From Centroscyllium fabricii (taxonomy: Eukaryota), in NCBI GenBank assembly GCA_051313645.2, contig JBNRSN020000025.1:86428001-86492000 (forward strand): a stretch of DNA of 64,000 nt, given 5' to 3'. Under the pieces are notes generated by a model. It saw only the letters and a program-made list of their open reading frames with translations, had not been told where the DNA came from and ran no database searches. The translations under genes were made by a program, and so were the position numbers. Of the stretch, positions 12,546-25,200 are shown in pieces. Within the stretch, counting starts at the first letter, position 1, and each line of letters starts with the position of its first letter.

Positions 12546-13395
12546 TTGTCTTCTAGTTTCTCTTCCATCCCCCTTCATGCCCTCTCCAAACTCCTCTTGT
12601 CTATGAGACCCCCCTCCTGCTCTCACAATCCTTTTCCCACTAAAGTGCTAACTACCCAACCTCCCTTCACGGTTCCCCATGCTAGCTGCCATTGTAAATG
12701 GTTCCCTCTCCTCAAGAATTGCTCCTGCCCTTTCAAACCCACAGTCATCCCCCCTCTCTATAACACTCTCGACCCCTCTGGGCTTGCAAATAACCACCCC
12801 ATCAGCCCTGTTTTCCTTTCCGAAATCCTTGAATGCATTGTTACCTCCCAAATCCATGCAAATGTTTCCTGCAACTCCTCCAGCAATGGCTTCTCTGATG
12901 CTGGTATATCCAGCAATGGCTTCTCTGAAGCTGGTATATCCAGCAATGGATTCTCTGAAGCTGGTATATCCAGCAATGGATTCTCTGAAGCTGGTATATC
13001 CAGCAATGGATTCTCTGAAGCTGGTATATCCAGCAATGGCTTGTCTTCCTGCCCCCACAATGTTACCTATGATGTCCACCATGGATCTATCTTTGGCCCC
13101 CTCCTCCTCCTCTTCATCTACATGCTGCTTCTTAATTCCATCATCCACAGACATGGAATCAGCTTCTACATGTACACGAATGAAACCCAGCTCTACCTCA
13201 GCACCACCTCTCTCAACCCCTCTGCTGCCTCTGTCTTCTCAGGGTCTTGTCCACCATCCAGTTCTGGCTGAGCTGCAATTTCCTCTGATTAAACATTGGG
13301 AAGACTAAAGCCGTAGTCTTCAGGCCCCGCCACCAACTCTGTATCCGTGCAATTGATTCCATCCCCCTCCCACTGTCTCCAGCTGAAGCAGACTG
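12546..13395 (+). mobile_element. Degenerate L2 RT fragment
   Basis: LDPSGLANNHPIS, HGSIFGPLLLLFIYML and YTNETQLYLS are decayed RT motifs. Confidence 0.7.
12879..13042. repeat. 30-bp tandem repeat, ~5.4 copies (TCCAGCAATGGATTCTCTGAAGCTGGTATA)
   Basis: Near-perfect direct copies. Confidence 0.95.
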
Positions 13396-14185
13396 CAGCA
13401 TTTTCAGGACCTTGAATTTATTGAACTTATTTATAAATGTTAGAAGTATGTATGAATCTTAACAAATTTAGCGTTTATAAAATATGTATGGCCACTGTAA
13501 TTTAAATGTTGAGGATTGTACCTGTAAATTTTGTACTAATTTAACAATCTGAAATCTTTCTGCATTTATTTTTTTACCACAAACATGTATTTACTTTCCC
13601 CAAATTGAATTTTTTAAGCAATAGATAAAAGACGTTACTCTTCAAAACATCTAATAGTTATTTTCTGCAAGACAGCTGAGCTCATCCCCCTTTCATATCC
13701 CTCAAGGCCCTGTCACACCTAGACGTTTTAGCCAGCCTATGCAAATGAGGCTAAAACGCTGAACTTTTGACACTTTTTTCAATTTTCGGCGTATAGTAGC
13801 GTATTCATAGCGTATTGGACGTATGCAGAACGTATGCATAACGTATTAGTAACGTACACAGAACGTTTCTATAAGTTACAGATAACTTATACCAACGAAT
13901 GCTTAGCGTGTTGTCGGCGTTCACAACTTATGCCCAACGATAGTCTAACTTATGCATTTCGCCGACGATCAAGTTGAGCAAACTCTTGATGTTTGTTGAT
14001 GTTATTGTTTAATAATTTAAATCATAAACAATAATTAACAATAATAAATTCAAACACTTTGAAAAAAGTATAATTAAATAATGTACATGTATATTGAAAA
14101 GTGGATAATTGAAAAAAAGGCTTTAAGATGTTCATTTCAGGAGGAAAGTCTCTTTATTGCCTGAACAATGCAGTAATACAAATAT

Positions 14186-14402
14186 CTAAATCATCCTATC
14201 TTGCCACGGAACTGCGCCAGCTGGGGAGTTAACCCAGTGCTTGAGGAGATTCCTCTGTTTCCTTCCGTCCTTGGAGGCAGTGTTGGGGCCAGTAGCTGTC
14301 TGTGTATCCTCCAACTGATGTCCCTGTCGCCATGCTCCTGGAACAAGGTCGCGGTTCTCATTCTCTGCCTGGTCAAGCTGCTGGTTCTGTAGTCCTGGGT
14401 AC
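14186..14402 (-). CDS. Harbinger transposase, second segment (YPGLQNQQLDQ...HWVNSPAGAVPWQDRMI*); joined product 429 aa
   Basis: In frame after removing 14403-14599; typical Harbinger C-terminal G(A/S)VPWQ motif; AATAAA on the minus strand at 14153-14158. Confidence 0.85.
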
Positions 14403-14599
14403 CTGGAATTTGAATTTGATTTTATTTACTTATAAAGCGCACCTATAATGAAAACATATATTCTAATGCGCTGTACATTAAAAAGTAATATAATGATACA
14501 TGTAAAATTTAAGGTAAATCATATAATGTTTATAAGCATAGGCTAAAAGTTAAATTTCATTGTATAATGTATAATATATGCTATGTAAACATGAATTAC
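14403..14599 (-). other. 197-bp GT-AG intron-like insert resembling a LINE 3' tail
   Basis: GTAATT...TTCCAG boundaries; CCAGGTA direct repeat at both junctions; ends TGTACAGCGCATT...GTGCGCTTTATAAGTAAATAAAATCAAATTCAAATT. Confidence 0.75.
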
Positions 14600-15672
14600 C
14601 TGGTCCTCATGAGGTTGTGCAGGATCAAGCATGCTTTGAGAATGAGCTTGACAGTGGAGGGGTGATGCTGCATGGTACTTAGCAGAACCTGGAATCTGTT
14701 AGCCAGGATGCCGAATGCATTTTCTACTACCCTTCTTGCTCGGCTAAGCCTGTAGTTGAAGATGCGTTGTTCATTCGTCAGACCACGGAGGCTGTATGGC
14801 TTCATCATGGTTGGTCGTAAGGCGAAGGCATCATCACCGATAAAGAAGTAAGGCACGTCCTGGTTGTCGTTGGGAAGAGGCTCAGGGTCAGTGAAACCAA
14901 GGGTACCGTCTTCAGTGCATTCCTTCAGCTCAGAGTCATTGTATATCTGCGCATCTGATGCAGATCCAGTACCGCCGACATCTGCCCAAATGAATTTGTA
15001 GTCAGCATCCACAAGCGCCATCAGAACAATGGAGTCGAATCCTTTGTAGTTGTAGTATTGTGACCCAGTCTTTGGAGGACAGCGGCAGGCCACATGCTTC
15101 CCGTCAAGTGCCCCACATGTATGGGGAAAGTTCCATCGTTGGAAGAACTTGTCAGCTATGGCGCGCCAACCATCAGGAGTACTTGGGCAAACCACCACCT
15201 CATCCACGTATTCGGCAATAATGGCTTGACAGACTTCTCTGACCACTAGGGACTGGGTGTTGTGAGGGACCCTCCATGCGAACTTCATCGAGGCATACTT
15301 GTTTCCAGAGGCAAGGTGACGCAAAGTCAGTGCCAGCTTCATGCCAGGCTCAAGCGGATCCCTGTAGAAGGTGTACTGCTTGGTTATCCTTGGACCCACT
15401 CTGGCTAGCAGCTCATCGAACATCACTGGGGGCATACGCAGGAAGTTGGTGAAGGATGCATGGTCCTCGTTACGGAGTTCCACCATGAGCTGGTCATACA
15501 TGCCAAACTGCCGTCGCCTCACGATCCATGGTCTCACCCAGTTCCTTCTCCTCCGTTCACCTAATCTTCTCTTGGCTCTTTTGGCACGCCTCTGGTACAG
15601 TGTAAAATCGATGAGTGCATGTTGATGTTGGAGGACAGCTAGTAGTAATTCTCGTCTTGCCGGATCCTCCAT
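14600..15672 (-). CDS. Harbinger DDE transposase, first segment
   Basis: FLRM, LALTLRHLASG, GALDGKH (D), NYKG, GDDAF (D), FNYRLSRARRVVENAFGIL (E) and LHN; ends at AG|GTAATT. Confidence 0.93.
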
Positions 15673-16289
15673 CTCTTGGATGACATGGACATCTGCTCAC
15701 CATGGAGTCTGGAACACTGACTGGTTCCTCCTGTGAACCCCATTTTTATATACCAAATTCCCTAAACGCTGCCAATACGCCATTATACGTTAGCTGTAAG
15801 TTAGAAACACGTTCAGTAAGTTCTGTGGTCGTCCGGAAGACGTCAAATACGTCTACATACGTCAATATGCGTTGGAGATACGTTACACAAGTTCAAAGCA
15901 CGTTACTCATAGGTTAGACATAAGTTCCGGGTACGCTAGTCATTATCTCGACGTATTTTGACGTATGACTAACTTACAAGTAGCGTGTGTCAACGATCGC
16001 CTAACGTGCCTACAACGTATGGCCAGCGTATGCGGAACGTATAAATCGTAACATTGATACGTCGTGATTTTTTGTCCATGCACAAAAAATCTCGACTTAC
16101 TCGAAATTCAACGACGTATACAACGTATGTCCAGCGTATGCCAACGTGCTCTTAACGTATGCATAACGTACCCATAACGTATCCGACGTAAACCGCCATT
16201 TTAGCCAAATTTGCATACGCTGGCTAAATCGTCTAGGTGTGACAGGGCCTTCAGTAGTTTTCAAATTAGTATGAAAGAATTCTGCCATT

Positions 16290-16779
16290 TTGTTGCAAAT
16301 TTTAACATTCTCAGCCTTGTTTTCAGCTCCCTCCATGGCTTCACCCTTCCCTATCTCTGTAATCTCCTCCAGCCCTAAAACTCTCCCAGATCTCTGCACT
16401 TCTCCAATTCTGGCCGCTTCAGCATCCCCGATTTTAATCGTTCCACCGTTGGCAGCCGTGCCTTCAGCTGCTAAAGCCCTAAGCTCTGGAATTCCCTCTC
16501 TAAACCTCTCTACCAATGTTCCCTGTAAGCTGCGAGGCCGCATAGTGTTCCAGGCACCCCACGCAACCAGCTTTTCAATGAGAAAAACCCCAAATGCGGG
16601 GTATTTTGAATGGCCCGCACAACCCCTTAAAATGGGTCATGTGGCGCCAAACAACATTACAGGGAACATTGCTCTCTACCTCTCCTCCTTTAAGACTTTT
16701 CTGTCTGACCAAGCTTTTGGTCACCTGTCCTAATATCTCATGTGGCTCGGTGTCAAATTTTGTCTATTATTGGTCCTGT
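16290..16779 (+). mobile_element. L2 3' end; continues at 19220-19278 after the Vingi insertion
   Basis: Homologous to 10225-10640 (-); the terminal AAAGGCGCTATATAAATACAAGTTGTTG is found at 19248-19275. Confidence 0.85.
16514..16671. mobile_element. 158-bp hAT-type MITE
   Basis: Perfect 15-bp TIR CAATGTTCCCTGTAA/TTACAGGGAACATTG and 8-bp TSD CTCTCTAC at 16506-16513 and 16672-16679. Confidence 0.88.
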
Positions 16780-19213
16780 TCTTCTTCTTCTTCTTCGTGT
16801 CCATATACAAAGCTATTCAGCTTATATAACGTCCAACCAGTGCTTGGTACATTGCTGTCCCTTGATGTTGTAGAGTGCTAGGTCCTTTGCTGTGCAGGGT
16901 CCACCTAACAGAGGACATCGAAGGAGGTGCTCCATGGTCTGGGGTTCTGTGCCACAGTCACATGTGGTTGGGCCACTAAGATAACCCCATCTGCTTAGGG
17001 CTTCCCTGGAACGGCCAACACCTGAGCGGAGTCGGTTCAAGCACTTCCATTTTGCCCAGTTGTTATCTCCTGGTGGGAGGGTTTCGGCAGGGGGGATGAG
17101 CATAGTCGAGCTGTGTGGGTGTTTGGACAGCTTTTCCTTCCACATTTTAAGGCGGGCTTCAGATGGTGTTGTCTCCAGTGGAGCAGTGCTGGTCAGGAAA
17201 CTTCTCCGTGATTTTAGTCGGCTGGGGGCAGGTACATGGCCATGTAGGGGGTGCCTCTCATCTGTGGTTTGCCTGCGCCGCTCTGTCCTGCTGGCTACCG
17301 CTCTTCTGATGTCTGGAGGGGCGATACCTGCCAGGATGTACAGGTCGTTGGTGTTAGTGGGCTTCAGGCACCCAGTGATACATCTGCAGCTCTCGTTAAG
17401 AGCGGGGTCCAGTTTTTTAGCATGGGTGGATCTTTCCCACGCTGGGCTGGCATATTCTGCAGTAGAGAAGCTGAGGGCAAGGGCTGTGGCACGTAGTGTC
17501 TTGGGACATGCACCCCATCTGGTGTTGGCGAGTTTGCGCAGGATGTTGTTGCGGGTGCTCACTTTTGCCTTTGTCTTCATGATGTGGGTTTTGAATGTAA
17601 GGCATCTGTCGAGTGTGACTCCGAGGTAGACAGGGTGCTCAGAGTGTGACAGTGGTATTCCACACCAAGACACATTCAGTTGGCGCTTAGCTTCCTTGTT
17701 TCTCAGGTGAAAAGCGCATACTTGTGTTTTTGCTGGGTTGGCACGTAGATGGTTCTCTTCATAGTAGGTTGTTAATCCTGAGAGGGCATCGTTGAGCGTT
17801 TCCTCAATACTAATGAAGTCTGTTCCTTGGGCGGTGATGCACAGGTCATCTGCATATGCAAAACGACGGGTGACATCATCTCTGGGTTGGTCGTTTGTAT
17901 AGATGTTGTACTGAAGTGGGGCAAGCACGCTGCCTTGTGGGAGGCCATGCTTCTGGTTGCGCCATCTGCTACGTTTTCCGCCTAATTCGACGTAGAATCT
18001 GCGGTTCTGGAGCATGGCTTCCATTAGCTCTGTTAGGTCGGTGTCTTTTGTGATCTCCAGGATCTTACATAGGAGTCGTCTGTGGTTGACGACCTAACAA
18101 GTCCACGAAAACAGCACCGGTAATCTGTCCTCTCTCAAATCCATCCTCAATGTGTTGAGTGAGGTTGACGAGTTGGCTGGTTGTCGATTTGCCTGGACGG
18201 AACCCTGTTTGCTCTGGGATGATCTTCTCGTCTATGGATGGTGCAATCCTGTTCAGTATCAGGCGCTCAAACAGCTTGTATGTGTGACATAGAAGTGAGA
18301 TTGGCCGGAAACTTTTAGGATCAGACGGGTCCTTCCCAGGTTTCAGGAGTGCTAGTACATGTGCCTTGAGCCAGATGTTTGGAAGCTTATGTGTAGCCAT
18401 ACAGTTATTGAATAGGTTGAGGAGCCATACCTTTGTTTGTTCTCCAAAGTACTTGATCTGCTCTGTTGCGATGTTATCCAGACCAACTGCTTTCCCTGGT
18501 TTCAAACTATGTATTCCTGTTTCCAGTTCAGTCATAGTGAAAGGTCTTGTGAAGCCTGGGTTTGCATGGTACGTTTTTCGGTCTAGTTTGGCTTTTTGTT
18601 GTCGTTTCTTAGGGCCTTTTCCATTCAGCAGCAGTTGGTGGGCAACTTGTTCAGCAGTGGTGTTGCAGTGTTCTTTGGTTGTCTTCGGATCTCCTCCGAG
18701 TTTGTGAATGAGAGCCCATGCTTTCTTGCTGTTCTTTGACATGTCCGTTGTCTCTATCAGAGTATTCCAGGTGTTTTGGCGCTCTTGGGAGATACTGATC
18801 ATCAGCTGTTCTCCTGTTGTTATTGTTTCTTCGGAGAAGGGATCAGATTCGAACATGGTGATGTAGTCATTATAAAGTTCAGCATTCTCAGGGGTTAGGC
18901 CAGGGATGTAATTCATCCTACATCCTCGGGGGATTTTCCTTCTAGCTGTTTTCTGAACTGCTTTGATGAACAGGCAGTAATTCTCTGGGAGTGGTTTGAT
19001 GTATCTGGCCTTATGATCCAGTTCTTGTGTGAATTCTTCCCAGTTTGCCTTTTTAAAATTGAAGCGTCTTCTAAATGGGACAGTGGTTGGTACCACTGCA
19101 GCTTGTATCTGGACACCAATGGGGCGGTGTTGCGTTCTTGGTATTACATCCAAAACAAGTTTCTTACTGGAGCCAGCGATGTTATTGCTTGTTAATACGA
19201 GGTCTGGGTTGGA
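16780..19213 (-). mobile_element. Vingi/Ingi-clade non-LTR retrotransposon, 5'-truncated in the endonuclease, one frameshift near 18090
   Basis: NPDL..PRTQHRPI, FRPISLL, GLPQGSVLAP, YADD, YLGVTLDR and C-terminal CDCG..QTMEHLLRC, with no RNase H evident; (GAA)n tail; TSD TCCTGT at 16774-16779 and 19214-19219. Confidence 0.8.
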
Positions 19214-22200
19214 TCCTGTGAAGTGCCTTGATATATTTTATTACGTTAAAGGCGCTATATAAATACAAGTTGTTGTTTGCAGCCTCGCGGTCATACTCCA
19301 TCCTGAGCTGAGCTGAGCTTCCAGCAACTAGGTTGCCGACTTCCAACACCGGTAAAACAGTAACCGGATCCGGTATCGTCACACGGTAAAACAGTAACCA
19401 GACCAGTTATCGACACACGGTAAAACAGTAACCGAACCCGGTATCGTCACACAGTAAAACAGTAACCAGACCAGTTATCGACACACGGTAAAACAGTAAC
19501 CGGACCCGGTATCGATACACGGTAAAACAGTAACCGAACCCAATATCGACACACGGTAAAACAGTAACCAGACCTGGTATCGACACGGTAAAACAGAAAC
19601 GGGTATCGACCCATGGTAAAATAGTAATGGGACTGGGTATCGACACGCGGCAAAACTGTAACCGGACCCGGTATCGACACATGGTAAAACAGTAACCAGA
19701 CCCGGTAGCGACACGCAATAAAACAGTAACTGGACCCGGTATCGACACGCGGTAAAACAGTAACGGGTATCAACACACGGCAAAACAATAACCGGACCCG
19801 TATCGACTCACGGTAAAACAGTAACCAGACCCGGTATCGACACGCGGTAAAACAGTAACCGGACCCAGAATCGACACACGGTAAAACAGTAACCACACCC
19901 GGTATTGACACGCGGTAAAACACTAACCGGACCCGGAATCGACACACAGTAAAACAGCAACCAGACCCGGTATCGACATACGGTAAAACAGTAACCGGAC
20001 CGGATATCCACACACGGTAAAACGGTTCCCGGACCCAGTATCGACACTCGGTAAAACAGTAACCGGACCCGGTATCGACACAGAGTAAAGCAGTAACCGG
20101 ACCGGTTATTGACACACGGTAAAACAGTAACCGGATCCGGTATCGACACACAGTAAAGCAGTAACCGGACCCGGTATCGACACACGGTAAAACAATAACC
20201 ATACCCAGTATCGCCACACAGTAAAGCAGTAACTGGACCTGGCATCTACACACGGTAAAACGGTTACCGGACCCGGTATTGACATGAGGTGAAACAGTAA
20301 CCAGACCCGGTATCGACACGCGGTAAAACAGTAACCGGACCCAATATCGACACATGGTAAAACAGTAACCAGACCCGGTATCGACACATGGTAAAACAGA
20401 AACCGGTATCGACACATGGTAAAATAGTAATGGGACCGGGTATTGACACGCGGTAAAACAGTAACCGGACCCGGTATCGACACGTGGTAAAACAGTAACG
20501 GGTATCGACACACGGAAAAACAATAACCGGACCTGTATCAACACACGGTGAAACAGGAACCGGAACCGGAACCGACACGCGGTAAAACAGTAACTACATG
20601 ATAAAACAGTAACATGACCTGATATCGACACATGGTAAAACAGTAACCGGACCCGGTATCGACACATAGTAACGACACATGGTAAAACATTAACCAGACC
20701 CGGTATCGATACACGGTAAAACAGTTACCGGACCTGGTATTGATACACAGTAAAACAGTAACCGGACCCGGTATCGATACACGGTAAAACAATAACGGGA
20801 TCCAGTATCGACACACGATAAAACAGTAATTGGACCCGGCATCGACACGCAGGTAAAACAGTAACCCGACCCGGTATCAACACACGGTAAAACAGTAACC
20901 AGACCCGGTATCGACACACAGTAACCAGACCTGGTATCGACACGCGGTAAAATAGTAAATAGACCCGGTATTGACACACGGTAAAACAGTAACCAGACCC
21001 AGCATCCGCACACGGTAAAACAGTAACCGGACCCAGTATCCACACACAGTAAAACAGCTACCGTACCCGGTATCGACACACGGTAAAACGTTTCCCGGAC
21101 CCAGTATCGACACGCGGTAAAACAGTAACTGGACCCGGTATCGACACAGAGTAAAGCAGTAACTGGACCCGGTATCAACACGCGGTAAAACAGTAACCGG
21201 ACCCGGTATCCACACACGGTAAAATAGTAACCAGACCCGGTATCGACACACGGTCAAACAGTAACCAGACCCGGTATCGACACACGGTAAAACAGTAACC
21301 GGACCCAGTATCGACACACGATAAAACAGTAACTGGACCCGGCATCGTCACACAGGTAAAACAGTAACCAGACCCGCTATCCACACACGGTAAAACAGTA
21401 ACCGGACCCGGTATCCACACACGGTAAAATAGTAACCAGACCCGGTATCGACACACGGTAAAACAGTAACCAGACCCAGCATCCGCACACGGTAAAATAG
21501 TAACCGGACCCAGCATCCACACACAGTAAAACAGCTACCGTACCCGGTATCGACACACGGTAAAGCTGTTACCAGACCCGGTATCGTCACACAGTAAAAC
21601 AGTAACCGGACCCGGTATCCACACACGGTAAAATAGTAACCAGACCCGCTATCGACACACAGTAAAACAGTAACCGGACCCGGTATCGACACATGGTAAA
21701 ACAGGAACCAAAGTCATAATCGACACGCGGTAAAACTGTAACCGGACCTGGCAAAAGAGTATCCACACGGTAAAACAGTAACAGGACCTGTATCGACATA
21801 CGGTAAAACAGTAACCGGACCCAGTATCGACACGATAAAACAGTAACTGGACCCGGCGTCCACACACAGGTAAAACAGTAACCAGACCCGCTATCCACAC
21901 ACGGTAAAACAGTAACCGGACCCAGTATCGACACACGATAAAACAGTAACTGGACCCGGCATTGTCACACAGGTAAAACAGTAACCGGACCCGGTATCCA
22001 CACACGGTAAAATAGTAACCAGACCCGCTATCGACACACAGTAAAACAGTAACCAGACCCGGTATCGACACGCGGTAAAACTAACCGGACCCGGTATCGA
22101 CACATGGTAAAACAGGAACCAAAGTCATAATCGACACGTGGTAAAACTGTAACCAGACCTGGCAAAAGAGTATCCACACGGTAAAACAGTAACCGGACCC

Positions 22201-25200
22201 GGTATCCACACACGGTAAAATAGTAACCACACCTGGTATCGACACACAGTAACCAGACCCGGTATCGACACGCGGTAAAATAGTAAATAGACCCGGTATT
22301 GACACACGGTAAAACAGTAACCAGGCCCAGCATCCGCACACGGTAAAACAGTAACCGGACCCAGCTCCACACACAGTAAAACAGCTACCGTACCCGGTAT
22401 CGACACACGGTAAAACAGTAACACGACTCAGTATTGACACACGATAATACAGTAACTGGACCCGGCATCGTCACACAGGTAAAATAGTAACCCGACCCGG
22501 TATCAACATGCGGTAATACAGTAACCAGACCCGCTATCCACACATGGTAAAACAGTAACCGGACCCGGTATCCACACACGGTAAAAGAGTAACCAGACCC
22601 GGTATCGACACAGTAAAACAGTAACCAGACCCGGTATCGACACGCGGTAAAATAGTAACCAGACCCGGTATTGACACAAGGTAAAACAGTAACCAGACCC
22701 GGCATCCGCACACAGTAAAACAGCTACCATACCCGGTATTGACACATGGTAAAACTTACCAAACCCGGTATCGACACATGGTAAAACAGTAACCGGACCC
22801 GGTAACTGGTCCTGGCATCGTCACACAGGTAAAACAGTAACCCAATCCCACCCGGTATCAACATACGGTAATAAAGTAACGGGCCCCAGTATCGACACAC
22901 GGTAAAACAGTAAGCAGACCCGCTATCCACACACGGTAAAACAGTAACCGGACCCGGTAGCCACACACGGTAAAATAATGACCAGACCTGGAATCGACAC
23001 GTGGTAAAACTGTAACCGGACCTGGCAAAACAGTATCCACATGGTAAAACAGTAACCGGACCTGTATTGACACGGTAAAACAGTAACCGGACCCGGTATC
23101 GACACGCAGTAAAACAGTAACTGACCCGGTATCGACACGCAGTAAAACAGTAACCAGACCCGGTATCGACACGCGGTAAAAGAGAAACTGGTATCAACAC
23201 ACGGTAAAACAGTAACCGGATCCGGAATCAACACACGGTAAAACAATAACCAGACCCGGTATCGACACGTTAAACAATAACCGGTCCCGGTATCTACACA
23301 CGTACAAACAGTAACCAGACCCAGCATCCGCACACGGTAAAACAGTAACCGGACCCAGCATCCACACACAGTAAAACAGCTACCGTACCCGGTATCGACA
23401 CACGGTAAAGCTGTTACCAGACCCGGTATCGACACACGGTAAAACAGTAACTGGACCCGGTATCGACACACGGTAAAACAGTAACCGGACCCAGTATCGA
23501 CACACGATAAAACAGTAACTGGACCCGGCATCATCACACAGGTAAAACAGTAACCAGACCCGCTATCCACACACGGTAAAACAGTAACCGGACCCGGTAT
23601 CCACACACGGTAAAACAGTAACCAGACCCGGTATCGACACGCGGTAAAACTAACTGGACCCGGTATCGACACATGGTAAAACAGGAACCAAAGTCATAAT
23701 CGACACGCGGTAAAACTGTAACCGGACCCGGTATCCACACACGGTAAAATAGTAACCAGACCCGCTATCGACACACAGTAAAACAGTACCCAGACCCGCT
23801 ATCCACACATGGTAAAACTTACCAAACCCGGTATCGACACACGGTAAAACAGTAACCGGACCTGGCATCCAGACAACGGTAAAACAGTAACCCGACCCGG
23901 TATCAACACACGGTAAAACAGTAACTGGACCCGGTATCGACACACGGTAAAACAGTAACCAGACCCGGTATCAACACGCAGTAAAACAGTAACCGGAGCC
24001 GGTTTTGACATGCAGTAAAACAGTAATCAGACCCAGCATCCGCACACGGTAAAACAGTAACCAGACCCGGTATCGACACACGGTAAAACAGTAACAGGAC
24101 CCAGTATCGACACACGATAATACAGTAACTGGACCCGGCATCGTCACACAGGTAAAATAGTAACCAGACCCGGTATCGACACACGGTAATACAGTAACCG
24201 GACCCGATATCGACACACGGTAAAACAGTAACCGGACCCGGTATCCACACACGGTAATACAGTAACCAGACCCGCTATCGACACACAGTAAAACAGTAAC
24301 CAGACCCGCTATCGACACACAGTAAAACAGTAACTGGACCCGGCATCGTCACACAGGTAAAATAGTAACCAGACCCGCTATCCACACACGGTAAAACAGT
24401 AACCGGACCCGGTATCCACACACGGTAAAATAGTAACCAGACCCGCTATCGACACACAGTAAAACAGTAACTGGACCCGGCATCGTCACACACGGTAAAA
24501 CAGTAACCGGACCCGGTATCCACACATGGTAAAATAGTAACCAGACCCGGTATCGACACACGGTCAAACAGTAACCAGACCCGGTATCGACACATGGTAA
24601 AACAGGAACCAAAGTCATAATCGACACGCGGTAAAACTGTAACCGGACCTGGCAAAAGAGTATCCACACGGTAAAACAGTAACAGGACCTGTATCGACAT
24701 ACGGTAAAACAGTAACCGGACCCAGTATCGACACGATAAAACAGTAACTGGACCCGGCGTCCACACACAGGTAAAACAGTAACCGGACCCGGGATCGACA
24801 CACGGTAAAACAGTAACCGGACCCGGTATCCACACACGGTAAAATAGTAACCAGACCCGGTATCGACACACAGGTAAAACAGTAACCAGACCCAGCATCC
24901 GCACACGGTAAAACAGTAACCGGACCCAGCATCCACACACAGTAAAACAGCTACCGTACCCGGTATCGACACACGGTAAAGCTGTTACCAGACCCGGTAT
25001 CGTCACACAGGTAAAACAGTAACCAGACCCGCTATCCACACACGGTAAAACAGTAACCGGACCCGGTATCCACACACGGTAAAATAGTAACCAGACCCGC
25101 TATCGACACACAGTAAAACAGTAACTGGACCCGGCATCGTCACACAGGTAAAACAGCAACCAGACCCGCTATCCACACACGGTAAAACAGTAACCGGACC

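Larger units (their letters stand above)
13705..16250 (-). mobile_element. PIF/Harbinger DNA transposon, 2546 bp
   Basis: TIR AGGCCCTGTCACACCTAGACG (imperfect match to ~50 bp) at both ends; 3-bp TSD TCA at 13702-13704 and 16251-16253; ACGT-rich subterminal repeats; transposase inside. Confidence 0.95.

Noticed and set aside
561-13308. Short repetitive ORFs at 561-1139, 8116-8457, 11604-12244 and 12546-13308, and antisense ORFs over LINEs
   Set aside because: Minisatellite translations, decayed L2 or shadow frames of retroelement ORFs.
13400-13704. AT-rich tract flanking the Harbinger as another exon or DNA-transposon remnant
   Set aside because: No ankyrin-like frame with splice sites, and no TIR pair or TSD that I could confirm.
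14186-15672. Domesticated HARBI1/ALP1-like host gene
   Set aside because: Enclosed by intact TIRs and a TSD, with a cognate MITE nearby, so it is a transposon.
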